From NCBI GenBank assembly GCA_963797095.1, contig CAWCNY010000006.1, positions 672,001-736,000 of the forward strand: a stretch of DNA of 64,000 nucleotides, read 5' to 3'. Both the position numbers and the translations under genes were made by a program. The notes beneath the pieces were generated by a model. The model had not been told where the DNA came from. It worked only from the letters and a program-made list of their open reading frames with translations, and did not search any database. The DNA is from an uncultured Chloroflexia bacterium (GTDB lineage: Bacteria; Chloroflexota; Chloroflexia; QHBQ01; JADMIH01). Shown here in pieces: positions 47,779 through 56,549 of the stretch (positions are counted from its first letter, which is position 1; the number at the start of each line of letters is the position of its first letter).

Positions 47779-47892
47779 GTAGCCGGTAGCCGGTAGCCGG
47801 TAGTCGGTAGTCGGTAGCCGGTAGTCGGTAGCCGGTAGTCGGTAGTCGGAACATTCTGTTGCTAGTCCTCCTACTACTGACTACCGACTACC
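47779..47892. repeat. longest heptamer array, (GGTAGYC)x10 with a short inverted arm
   Basis: gtagccg/gtagtcg x10 at 47779-47849; ctactga ctaccga ctacc at 47874-47892. Confidence 0.9.
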
Positions 47893-47900
47893 ATTGTTCT

Positions 47901-48608
47901 TCACGGTCTTGGTAGCAATTCGAGTACCAGATAGCTACCGGAGGCAGTGGGGGCGTTGTGCTGGTAGAAAGGTAAGGCGTCGGGGTCGCCCATGAATATC
48001 CGGTCGCCGGGTTCGAGGTCGTAGGAGGAGTCGGGGTTGGCGTTGCGGATTGTGCCGAAAGTCTCTAGCGGCGTGAAGGTGTTAGAACCAACTGGTTTGA
48101 CGAGGGTATCCAGTTCGGCTCCTGGGCAGGAGCGTATGGTGACGGCATTACCGGGGGTTAGGGATAGGTAGCACTGCTTGCGGTGAACGAGGTATTGCTT
48201 CTGGCCGTGGATGTCCATCGGCTGCACCCACTGGCGAAGGTCGATATCGGCCTGGCTGCCCAATTCGGCGTCGGTCCTGCCGACCATGTATTCGCCGGGT
48301 TGGGTGATGGTGAAGCCCTGGGCGGGGTCGGCTGTGCCCGATACGACGATGGCGAACTGGGCGCTACCGGCGGGTGCCGAGGTGCCCGATTGGGGAGGTG
48401 GGACGATACCGGATACGGGAGTGATGGTCGGGGCGGTATCGGGCGATGCAGTGCCGGAGGTAGCGGCGGGGTCGGTTGTGGGGGTCGCGGCGGGGTCTGT
48501 GGCCTGCTGAGCCTGGGCATCAATGGCATTTATGAAGTAGCCGCAGTTCTCGCAGAATTTGCCGATCTCCTGGTCGGGGGCTCCGCAATTTGGGCAGGTG
48601 ATTGTCAT
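47901..48608 (-). CDS. zinc-ribbon protein with degenerate FHA-like domain
   Basis: CPNCG...FCENCG, Pro/Thr linker, VGR......DIDL, VHRKQ in place of VSRxH, L.PGDRI..G. Confidence 0.7.
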   Translation of the reverse strand: MTITCPNCGAPDQEIGKFCENCGYFINAIDAQAQQATDPAATPTTDPAATSGTASPDTAPTITPVSGIVPPPQSGTSAPAGSAQFAIVVSGTADPAQGFTITQPGEYMVGRTDAELGSQADIDLRQWVQPMDIHGQKQYLVHRKQCYLSLTPGNAVTIRSCPGAELDTLVKPVGSNTFTPLETFGTIRNANPDSSYDLEPGDRIFMGDPDALPFYQHNAPTASGSYLVLELLPRP

Positions 48609-48624
48609 TGGTGTCTCCTGCGTT

Positions 48625-48748
48625 CGTGAATCGTGAAACTTGAAACGTGATACGCGACGACGAAAGACGAAGGACGATTATTACGAGTGACGAGTGACGA
48701 GTGAATACGCAATACGCAATACGCAATACGCACTATCTCGCGTATCAC
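48625..48748. repeat. composite of four heptamer families
   Basis: cgtgaat/cgtgaaa..., gacgaaa gacgaag, gtgacga x2, (atacgca)x4, then tatctcgcgtatcac. Confidence 0.85.
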
Positions 48749-48749
48749 T

Positions 48750-50096
48750 CTATGGTTTTGCTAAGGTCCATTGTTTGGTCACTGAGTCGTATTGCATTGT
48801 TCCCTGGAAGATCCATGTATATTGGCCTGTTTGGGGTGATTGGCCGAGGTGTTGGACGCTTACCGTAACGAGGGAGGTGTCGCCGTTGGCGTCGAAGGAC
48901 CAGTCGCCCAGGATGTTATCGCCGGGGAGTTTGGCGGTGCTGGTGTTGGCGACGGCCTGGCGGATGGCTTCGCGATCTTTCTTGTTGGCGGTGGCTATAG
49001 AGTTGACGGCTACTCTACCTGCCTCGTAGCCGAATGGTGCCCAGTCTTCGTTGCAGTCGTTTGGATACTGAGACTTGTAGCTGCTGTACCAATCTGCGCC
49101 CGCACCGGTTAGGCGAGCGGCGGGGAGACCCACGATGGTGGCATAGACCTTATCATCGTCTTCGAGGCCGGCATTGCGCAGGTTGTTGATGAATGTATCG
49201 CCCAGGGCGTCGGCCCCCATGAAGGAGCCATCGTAGCCTAGGGAGCGCAGGTCGCGGAAGACCAGGTCGGGGTGGTTGGCGTCGCTGCCGCCGAAATAGA
49301 CGAGGTCGGCACCGGAGTCGATGATGCGGTTGGCAAGCTGAGTGTAGCTCTCGGCGTGGATGTCTATGCTTTCGGGACCGCCCGCGACGGTGAGGCCGAG
49401 GTTACCGGCTTCGCGGGCGAAGACCTTGGCTATGCCTTTGCCGTATAGCTCGGTGTCGTCGAGGACGAACACCGATTTAGCGCCGATCTCGCGGGCGTAG
49501 GCGGCGGCAGCCGCGCCCTGGAGGTCGTCGGCTGGCACCACGCGGAAGTAGTTGCGGGTGCCGAGGGGATAGTAGATGTATGGCTCGCCTGCGCTGCCTG
49601 TGCCTGGCTTGGTGAGGCCGGGGTAGGTGTTGCCGGGGCTGATCATTGCCATGCTGACGCGGTTGAGCACTGGTATGCTGATCTTGGCCGCGCCTGAGTT
49701 GTAGGTGCCTATATAGACCATCGCATCGGGGTCTTCGACGGCGCGGCGGGCGTTGGCAAGCTCTACATCGGGGTCCCAGTTATAGGAGCCATCGGCACGT
49801 GCGACGGCGTCGTTGAGGGGAACATACTCGATGCGAAAGTCTCCGGCGTGGTCGTTGGCTTCATCAATCGCCATTTGAGCACCATGAACGATACTGTCGT
49901 AGCCGCAGCGGTCCTTGCTGCCGAAATTGCCCGAAAGGGGGACGGACGCGTAGATACGTACCAGCGATGGATCGCCGGAGCTACCCTGCCCGAAGACAGG
50001 GCTGAGGACGAGAAATGTGATTATGCCGAGCACGAGAGCAACGAGGACGGGGACGATTACCTCGACGGTGTTCAGGGTCAGGTTTCTTGGACGCAT
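48750..50096 (-). CDS. branched-chain amino acid ABC-type substrate-binding protein (type I fold), membrane anchored
   Basis: S.PLSG, IGTYNSGAAK, ISP.NT.PGLT, YFR....DD.QG, DD...YG.G.A, Y.Y.A, G...FD.NGD; no permease genes nearby. Confidence 0.88.
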   Translation of the reverse strand: MRPRNLTLNTVEVIVPVLVALVLGIITFLVLSPVFGQGSSGDPSLVRIYASVPLSGNFGSKDRCGYDSIVHGAQMAIDEANDHAGDFRIEYVPLNDAVARADGSYNWDPDVELANARRAVEDPDAMVYIGTYNSGAAKISIPVLNRVSMAMISPGNTYPGLTKPGTGSAGEPYIYYPLGTRNYFRVVPADDLQGAAAAAYAREIGAKSVFVLDDTELYGKGIAKVFAREAGNLGLTVAGGPESIDIHAESYTQLANRIIDSGADLVYFGGSDANHPDLVFRDLRSLGYDGSFMGADALGDTFINNLRNAGLEDDDKVYATIVGLPAARLTGAGADWYSSYKSQYPNDCNEDWAPFGYEAGRVAVNSIATANKKDREAIRQAVANTSTAKLPGDNILGDWSFDANGDTSLVTVSVQHLGQSPQTGQYTWIFQGTMQYDSVTKQWTLAKP

Positions 50097-50104
50097 TTGT
50101 GAGT

Positions 50105-50157
50105 ATTTTGGAATTCGGAATCCGGAGTTCGGAGTTATCGGGTTGAGGTTCGAAGTT
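50105..50157 (+). repeat. heptamer arm, TTCGGAR/AGTTCG families
   Basis: tttggaa ttcggaa tccggag ttcggag ... ggttcgaagtt. Confidence 0.65.
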
Positions 50158-50360
50158 ACGCTAGTTCAGTGTTGGTGTAACCTTTGCACAATGTGACCAC
50201 GTAGTTTCATATAGTGAGGTTACGTTTGAGCGCACTGAGAGTTAGGTCGAAGGGGGTTTCGATTGTGCGTGGCAGTGGAACTGAGTATACTATAAGCCAG
50301 CCGACGGTACAACAGCAATGCCCAGGCAGAGATTTCGCGTGAGGATGTGGATATTGAGGT

Positions 50361-52868
50361 ATGGCTAAGAGTAAGGCTACACATGCTAAGAAGGTTGAGT
50401 GTCCGACTTGTCACGAACATGTGGTGCCGGACAACGGATATTGCCCGAATTGCGGATCACCTATAGAGGTTAAGGCCGATGGATCTGTGGCCGCGCCTTC
50501 AGGCTCCAGCACGGCTGCGTCAGCCGATGCGGCTGGTGCCGGGACCGTGACTTGCCCTGTTTGCGGCACGCAGAACAAGGCCGGTGAGGAGTACTGCACC
50601 AATTGCGGCGCGCCGCTGGCGGCTGTGCTGGGTGGGAATGGTGCCGGCGCGGCGGCTGGTACGGCGTCAGCGGGGGGAATAGGGCAGGCGATCGAGTGCT
50701 CGGTGTGTGGGAGCGAGATCCAGGCGGGCGAGGAGTATTGCCCGAATTGTGGCGCGCCACGAAGCGCGTCTACCGCTCTTGCGTCGCCTGATGGAAAGTC
50801 GGCGGATGGAGCGCAGGGCGATGGGCAACCGCTTGTTTGCCCGAATTGTGGCGCGCCCCTGAGGCCGGGGGCCAAGTTCTGCCGTGAGTGCGGGCAGCGT
50901 TTTACGGGGCTGCCGACCGACAAGGGTACGCCCGCAGCAGAGCGTGGGTTGCAGGTCGGGCAGATCCTGGCCGGGCGGTACAAGCTGGTATCGGTGATCG
51001 GCGGCGGCGGCATGGGTATGGTGTTCAAGGCGTTCGACCTGAACCTGAAGACGCGGCAGGAGCCTGAGGGGAGGCCGGCGGCGGTGAAGGCGATCCTGAA
51101 CACAAGCGACCCCGAATTGCTGGCACAGGCGGTGGACGAGCGCGAGATGTTGATCCGTCTGGATCACCCGAATATTGTGCGCATTTACGATATTGTGCAG
51201 GATAAGGGCGTTCCTTATATAGTGATGGGGTTCGTGAAGGGGACCAGCTGGAAAGAGATGTACGACCAGAACGGGGGGCCGCTGCCTGAGGGAGAGGCGC
51301 TGAGGCTGCTGCTGGGGATACGTGGGGCGTTCGAGTATTTGCATGGCAGGACGCCTCCGGTGGTGTACCGCGACTTCAAGCCCGGCAACGTGATCCAGGT
51401 GGACGAGGGGAACGGCAGGGTGCGACAGGTGCTGATCGACCTGGGAACGGCGATGGAGTATTTTCCAGGCCAGAAGCGCGAAGCGTGGGGCACTGTTGGG
51501 TTCGCGCCGCCTGAGATCGGTGGGATTTGCGAGCAGCCACCCTCGATGGACTTGTTTGCTATCGTAAGCACGCTGGCGGCGCTGCTGGGGGTGGACGTGA
51601 GCAACCAGGGGATCGGGGCACCCCCCAGGAACGAGTGGCCCGTGTCGCCTGAGATCTATGATTTCGTGGCGCGGGGGCGTGATGCAGACCCGCGCGTGCG
51701 CTTCCAGACTGTGACCGAGTTGTTCGACCAGTTGGAGGGAATAGAGCGGTTCATCAGGGGACAGGAGCGGGCACGGCTGGCGGGCAAAGGCACGATGAGC
51801 GGGCACGGCACAAGCCCGCTGACAGGGTCGCTGGTGCCAGTGCAGAGCACGATCATCACGGGACGGCTTACCTCAACGGTGCAGGGGACGACGGGGAGGA
51901 TCAGCGCGCTGCCTGCTCTAAGCTCGGCGGATCCTGCCGGGCAGATGTTGCAGGAGGCGCGGGATTTGATGTCGGCGGCGCGTTACCCTGAGGCGTTGCA
52001 GCAGATCGATGCGGCGCTGAAGATGCACCCGGCCAGTATCGACGGCTATTTGCTGCGAGCGGCGGCGTTGAACAACATGGGGCAGGTGGATGCTGCTAAG
52101 GAGTTGCTGGCGCAGGCCGACAGGTTGAGCACCCCCGCGACGCGCTGGCGCACGCTGCTGGTGGACGCACAGGCGGCTGAAGCGGCTGGTGACTATAAGA
52201 AGTCGGAGACGCTGTTCGGGGACCTGATTAAGCTGGTGCCGGGTGAGGTGCTGCCGAAGCAGGCGCTGGCCGATATTTACCGTCAAACGGGAAGGTATCA
52301 GCAGGCCGCCGAGTTGTACGGGCGGGTGGTGGCGGCGGACCCTGCGAACGCCGACGCGGTGCTTGGATGGGCCGATAGCCTGGTGGCGTTGAACCATACG
52401 AACGATGCTATCAGTGTGCTTGATGCGGTGAACGAGAACGCGCTCCGGTTCGTGGACGCGCAGTTGCGACTTATCGAGTTGTACCTGGCGAGGATCGATG
52501 CTTACCTGAGCAAGCAGTGGCGTGTATTGCGCGGCCTTGGGCAGAACAACCCCGATTTGCAGGCTTTGTGGGGCGACCTGGGGTTGGCAGGGAGGGCTAT
52601 TGCGGGGTTGAACGATAGGACGGAGTTGACTCACTATTACAGGTTGCAGGCCGATTGGTGGTACGCGGCATACAGGCTATCGAAGGCGGGCAAGCTGCCG
52701 CCCAATTTGGAGTGGCCCGACAGGCGTCCGCACAAAGCGGACAACCCCGAAGAGATCGGAGAGGCGTGCCGGGAAGCGTACAAGCGCTATTTGCAGCGCT
52801 CCCCCGACGCGGTGGATAGAGAGGATGTGTTGGCCCGGATTTACTTCGATGTGGAGGAGTGGCAATGA
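50361..52868 (+). CDS. PknG-like Ser/Thr kinase: four double zinc ribbons, kinase, TPR
   Basis: Eight CxxC motifs; GGGGMG.V, AVK, E....L..LDHPNIV.I, YRDFKP.N, LIDLG, GT.GF..PEI; DP and WR...PGE..PK.ALA motifs of the PknG TPR region. Confidence 0.88.
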   Translation: MAKSKATHAKKVECPTCHEHVVPDNGYCPNCGSPIEVKADGSVAAPSGSSTAASADAAGAGTVTCPVCGTQNKAGEEYCTNCGAPLAAVLGGNGAGAAAGTASAGGIGQAIECSVCGSEIQAGEEYCPNCGAPRSASTALASPDGKSADGAQGDGQPLVCPNCGAPLRPGAKFCRECGQRFTGLPTDKGTPAAERGLQVGQILAGRYKLVSVIGGGGMGMVFKAFDLNLKTRQEPEGRPAAVKAILNTSDPELLAQAVDEREMLIRLDHPNIVRIYDIVQDKGVPYIVMGFVKGTSWKEMYDQNGGPLPEGEALRLLLGIRGAFEYLHGRTPPVVYRDFKPGNVIQVDEGNGRVRQVLIDLGTAMEYFPGQKREAWGTVGFAPPEIGGICEQPPSMDLFAIVSTLAALLGVDVSNQGIGAPPRNEWPVSPEIYDFVARGRDADPRVRFQTVTELFDQLEGIERFIRGQERARLAGKGTMSGHGTSPLTGSLVPVQSTIITGRLTSTVQGTTGRISALPALSSADPAGQMLQEARDLMSAARYPEALQQIDAALKMHPASIDGYLLRAAALNNMGQVDAAKELLAQADRLSTPATRWRTLLVDAQAAEAAGDYKKSETLFGDLIKLVPGEVLPKQALADIYRQTGRYQQAAELYGRVVAADPANADAVLGWADSLVALNHTNDAISVLDAVNENALRFVDAQLRLIELYLARIDAYLSKQWRVLRGLGQNNPDLQALWGDLGLAGRAIAGLNDRTELTHYYRLQADWWYAAYRLSKAGKLPPNLEWPDRRPHKADNPEEIGEACREAYKRYLQRSPDAVDREDVLARIYFDVEEWQ

Positions 52869-52911
52869 GTTGTGGTGAGTAAGTATATGGTGAAACGAAG
52901 CAACAACGTGG

Positions 52912-53530
52912 TTGTCATCCTGAGCGAAGCGAAGGATCTCGCTCCTCGCGAATACCTTTTGGCGTGGCGCTCTCTCAAAGCGTGATCTTGGGGATCGAGA
53001 TCCTTCGCTTCGCTCAGGATGACAAAGGCGACGGGGTGGCTTTGACGAACATTTGCCTTATCAGCGAGCCTTTGTTGAGGACAACGAAGGTTGATGGGAG
53101 AGTTCACTGGATGATGAAGTATTACGTTTACATCATGTCCAATCAATCGCGAACGATTTATGTTGGAGTAACCAATCATCTGGAACGTCGTGTATACGAG
53201 CATAAGCAGAAACTGATTGAGGGGTTCGCAAGCCAGTACAATGTCACCAGGTTAGTATGGTTTGCTGAGACTGAGGATGTGCGTGATGCTATTGCGCGAG
53301 AGAAGGGGATCAAAGGTTGGCTCAGGGCTAGGAAGAAGGCTTTGATTGAGGAAATGAACCCTGGGTGGGAGGATCTTAGCACTGCATGGTTCACTAGATG
53401 ACACCCCTTCGTGGGTAGGTCATGCTGGAAGTGTATGGGGCTTTACGCCTGGTGGGTCGGCTTTTGCCTGGGTAGTTGTCGATGCTTGATCAGTAGAGAG
53501 CGAGATCCTTCGCTTTGCTCAGGATGACAA
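52912..53530. repeat. 30-bp repeats flanking the GIY-YIG gene
   Basis: ttgtcatcctgagcgaagcgaaggatctcg (52912-52941), perfect inverted copy 52996-53025, one-mismatch inverted copy 53501-53530. Confidence 0.9.
53111..53401 (+). CDS. small GIY-YIG nuclease
   Basis: YYVYIM, IYVGVTN.L.RR..EH, AI.REK.IK.W.R..K..LI...NP.W.DL. Confidence 0.9.
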   Translation: MMKYYVYIMSNQSRTIYVGVTNHLERRVYEHKQKLIEGFASQYNVTRLVWFAETEDVRDAIAREKGIKGWLRARKKALIEEMNPGWEDLSTAWFTR

Positions 53531-53616
53531 AAGAACAATGGTGGCTTTCCTAATAGAATTTCGGGACTCGGATATTGAATAGAGGCGAGGCTAAGACGTT
53601 TTGGTGAGGAGAAAGA

Positions 53617-54921
53617 GTGATGGTGAAGTTTAGAGTGACGCCGCACCCGGCTGAGGCGCAGGTTTTGCAGGGGCAGAATATGGCCCGCGTTATGTATGAT
53701 GTGGGGGCCGACGCTAGCGCGGGGCCTTCGGGGCCGGGGGCTGTGCCTGTCTTCCTTAGCGTGGTGCTTGACCAGTCGGGGAGCATGGAGGGGCAGAAAC
53801 TGTACGCCGCCAAAGAGGCGTTGTTGCGGTTGCTGCACCAGGTGCCTTCGAACGATAGAGTGATAATACAAATCACGTTGTTCAGCGATGATGCGCAGGA
53901 GTTCCTCGCGCCTATTTCAGGGACGGATTTACAGAAGCGGATGGAGCCTGTTTCGAGAGATGTCCAGAATATCGCCGCCGGCGGAGCTACGTCGCTTGGG
54001 AGCGGGTTGCGGGTGGCGTTGCGCGCCTCGCGGCCCTATTCAGAGTATGCTCGGCGCGTGTTGATGATCACCGACGGCAAGCAGGAGGGCACTCTCCCTG
54101 TTAGCGATGCTTACAAGGCAGCCAACGAGCTTGCCTCCGCGGGGATCAGAGTCGATGCCTGGGGCGTGGGCAACGGCTGGGAGGCCGACCAGTTGCGCAC
54201 CATCGCGCACAACACCGGGGGAGAGGCCGATGCTTTGCCCGATGCTTTCGGCCTGGTCGATGCCGTGACGCAATTGTTCTCTGACGTTCAGAGCACAAAG
54301 GCCAGCAACGTGCGCCTGGTGCTGAACACCCCCGTTGGCACGCTGATCAAGAGCGTGCGGCAGGTCTACCCGTCGGTGCAGGATAGAGCGGCACAGATGA
54401 TAAACGATCAGAAGTGGGTTATACCTATCGGGGCGTTGACCCAGGAAGAGCCCAAGTTTGTCATCGAATTGGAGACCACGCCAAGGGGAAACAACATACC
54501 ATTCCGCATCCTGGTGCCGACGGTGCTCTATAACCTGGGGAGCGAGGAGTTCGCGGATGAACTGGATAGGTCAGCGTGGTTCTTCGTGAGATGGGTAGGA
54601 TCGCCGGGCGAAGTGAAGATGGACGACCAGTTGACGCGCTTCACCGGAGAGGAGGAGATCGCCAGCCTGTCTCAAGAGGGTTTCGCACTGCTTGAGGTGG
54701 GCGCGGTGGACGAGGCTACCGCCAAGCTGAGCGCGGCGCTCACCAAGGCTGTGCAGATCAACAGCCCACAGGCGGTGGTGTTAAGCGCCGTTGTGAACCC
54801 GAAGACAGGGCGACTGGTGAGCACCAACGCCAGCGACGCGATCAACAAGACAGGCAAACTGCATACCGGTAAGACAGGAAGGATCATTTCGAGCACGGGC
54901 AAACTGCCAGGACCACAATAA
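53617..54921 (+). CDS. von Willebrand factor A domain protein
   Basis: MIDAS DQSGSM, GAT, ITDG, GVG..W....L..IA...GG. Confidence 0.88.
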   Translation: MMVKFRVTPHPAEAQVLQGQNMARVMYDVGADASAGPSGPGAVPVFLSVVLDQSGSMEGQKLYAAKEALLRLLHQVPSNDRVIIQITLFSDDAQEFLAPISGTDLQKRMEPVSRDVQNIAAGGATSLGSGLRVALRASRPYSEYARRVLMITDGKQEGTLPVSDAYKAANELASAGIRVDAWGVGNGWEADQLRTIAHNTGGEADALPDAFGLVDAVTQLFSDVQSTKASNVRLVLNTPVGTLIKSVRQVYPSVQDRAAQMINDQKWVIPIGALTQEEPKFVIELETTPRGNNIPFRILVPTVLYNLGSEEFADELDRSAWFFVRWVGSPGEVKMDDQLTRFTGEEEIASLSQEGFALLEVGAVDEATAKLSAALTKAVQINSPQAVVLSAVVNPKTGRLVSTNASDAINKTGKLHTGKTGRIISSTGKLPGPQ

Positions 54922-55036
54922 TTTTAGATTTTAGATTGCGGATTGAATAGCTCCAATTCCCGCAAATGGCTTCGGCGCTGACTAAGGCGAAGCTAAGAAA
55001 GATAGATCCGAAATCCGCAATCTAGAATCCGCAATC
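54921..55036. repeat. inverted heptamer arms, ATTTTAG-ATTGCGG/CCGCAAT family
   Basis: attttag attttag attgcgg attg ... atccgaa atccgca atctaga atccgca atc. Confidence 0.8.
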
Positions 55037-55056
55037 AAAGAGGGGGGTTTGGTTTA

Positions 55057-55866
55057 GTGATCACTTTAGATGAGTTGAGGCGGCTGGCTAACAGCGTTGG
55101 CATGGAGAGGCTGGTGATAGTGGGCGGTGCCGTGAGCGGTATCGCTATACTTGTGCTGCTGATCGGCTGGCTGCTGATCGGTTTTTGGGCGGGGTTGCTG
55201 GGGGCATTGGTGGTGCTGGTCGGTTTCTACTTGTCTCTACGGAATATCCTGGCGAGATTGGCGGGTGGAGCGACGTTAGGGGCGACCGGTGCGCCCACCG
55301 TGCGGATCGACTTGAGCAAATTACAGGGGAACGAGCGCGCGTATGTGCGGCGGGCGTTGGATAGGCGGGCCAGTATCGAGCAGGCGGTAGCGGGTGCGGG
55401 CGACCCCGGTGTGAAGCGGGCGCTTGTTGATGCCACGCGGGATTTGCCGGAACTTGTGCAGACGATCTATGAGCTGGCGTTGAAGTCGCAGGGCGTGGGG
55501 GATGCGTTGCGCTCATCGGGCACGATGGTGAGTTTAATACAGGATACACAGCGGCTTGACGCGCTGATCAAGTCGACAACAGACGAGTTTCAGAAGAGCC
55601 AGTACCGGGCCACACTGGACGGCAAGTTGCAGCAGATGCAGAATATGACGGATACCGAGGTTGCGCTCAAGCGATGGGACGCTCAACTGGGCAACGCGCT
55701 TGGCACGCTCGATACTATCCTGTCGCAGGTGCTGAGGATATCTTCATCGCAGGTGCTATCTTATACTGGGGAGACGGCTGACGACCTGTCGACCACCCTC
55801 AAGCGCGAGGTGGAGGAGTTGAAGGCCACTTCGGATGCGTTCGATAGCGTATACGGGCGGACATAA
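55057..55866 (+). CDS. membrane protein with cytoplasmic coiled coil
   Basis: Two N-terminal TM helices and a long helical region; co-oriented with kinase and vWA genes. Confidence 0.75.
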   Translation: MITLDELRRLANSVGMERLVIVGGAVSGIAILVLLIGWLLIGFWAGLLGALVVLVGFYLSLRNILARLAGGATLGATGAPTVRIDLSKLQGNERAYVRRALDRRASIEQAVAGAGDPGVKRALVDATRDLPELVQTIYELALKSQGVGDALRSSGTMVSLIQDTQRLDALIKSTTDEFQKSQYRATLDGKLQQMQNMTDTEVALKRWDAQLGNALGTLDTILSQVLRISSSQVLSYTGETADDLSTTLKREVEELKATSDAFDSVYGRT

Positions 55867-55906
55867 GGGACGGCGAAGGGCGAAGGACGATGACAGGTGA
55901 GTGCTG

Positions 55907-55938
55907 CATGAGTTGTGGTGCTCATGAGTTGTGGTGCT
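55907..55938 (+). repeat. 16-bp tandem duplication
   Basis: catgagttgtggtgct x2; 13-nt core also at 52865-52877. Confidence 0.8.
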
Positions 55939-55978
55939 AAGGTGCAATCATGGAAGGCATCAGAGATAGGTGAGAGAA

Positions 55979-56545
55979 ATGGCAGTACAAATCGGACGGC
56001 GATTGTTTACCATAGATGAGTTCGAGAAGATGATCAGCGATGGCATTCTTAAAGAAGATGAGCGTGTCGAGTTAATTAGAGGTGAGATCATCGATATGGG
56101 CCCGATCAAGCATCCGCACGCAGCCTGCGTGGCAATCTTGGAATTCCTGTTGGGAGAGAAACTTGGTAGGAGAGCATATGTTTGGGGGCAGAATCCGATA
56201 TGGTTCGATGATAGGAATCGCCCACAGCCGGATGTAGCTTTGTTGAAGTGGCGGGGTGATTTCTACCAGCGGAAACGACCAGGCGCGGAGGATGTGCTTT
56301 TGATTATCGAGGTCGCGGATACGTCTTTGCGGCACGACAGGCGTGATAAATCCACCTTATATGCGGAGGCAGGCATACCCGAATATTGGATCGCCAATAT
56401 CAAAGAACGAGTGGTTGAGGTCTTTTCAGAGCCTGTCAACGGTACGTATCAGAAGACCTGGACGGCAAAGGCGGGCGACACAATATCTCTGCCGGGCGAT
56501 TTGCAGGCAGAGATAGACGTTAGCGAGATATTCGACATAGAGTGA
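55979..56545 (+). CDS. Uma2 family endonuclease-like protein
   Basis: RLFT..E...M...G.L.E.ERVEL..GEI..M, PQPD, L.IEV.D.SL..DR..K..LYA.AGIPEYW. Confidence 0.9.
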   Translation: MAVQIGRRLFTIDEFEKMISDGILKEDERVELIRGEIIDMGPIKHPHAACVAILEFLLGEKLGRRAYVWGQNPIWFDDRNRPQPDVALLKWRGDFYQRKRPGAEDVLLIIEVADTSLRHDRRDKSTLYAEAGIPEYWIANIKERVVEVFSEPVNGTYQKTWTAKAGDTISLPGDLQAEIDVSEIFDIE

Positions 56546-56549
56546 GAAT

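Noticed and set aside
47779-47892. Long repeat arrays as a CRISPR array
   Set aside because: Units are 7 nt and contiguous, with no unique spacers and no cas genes.
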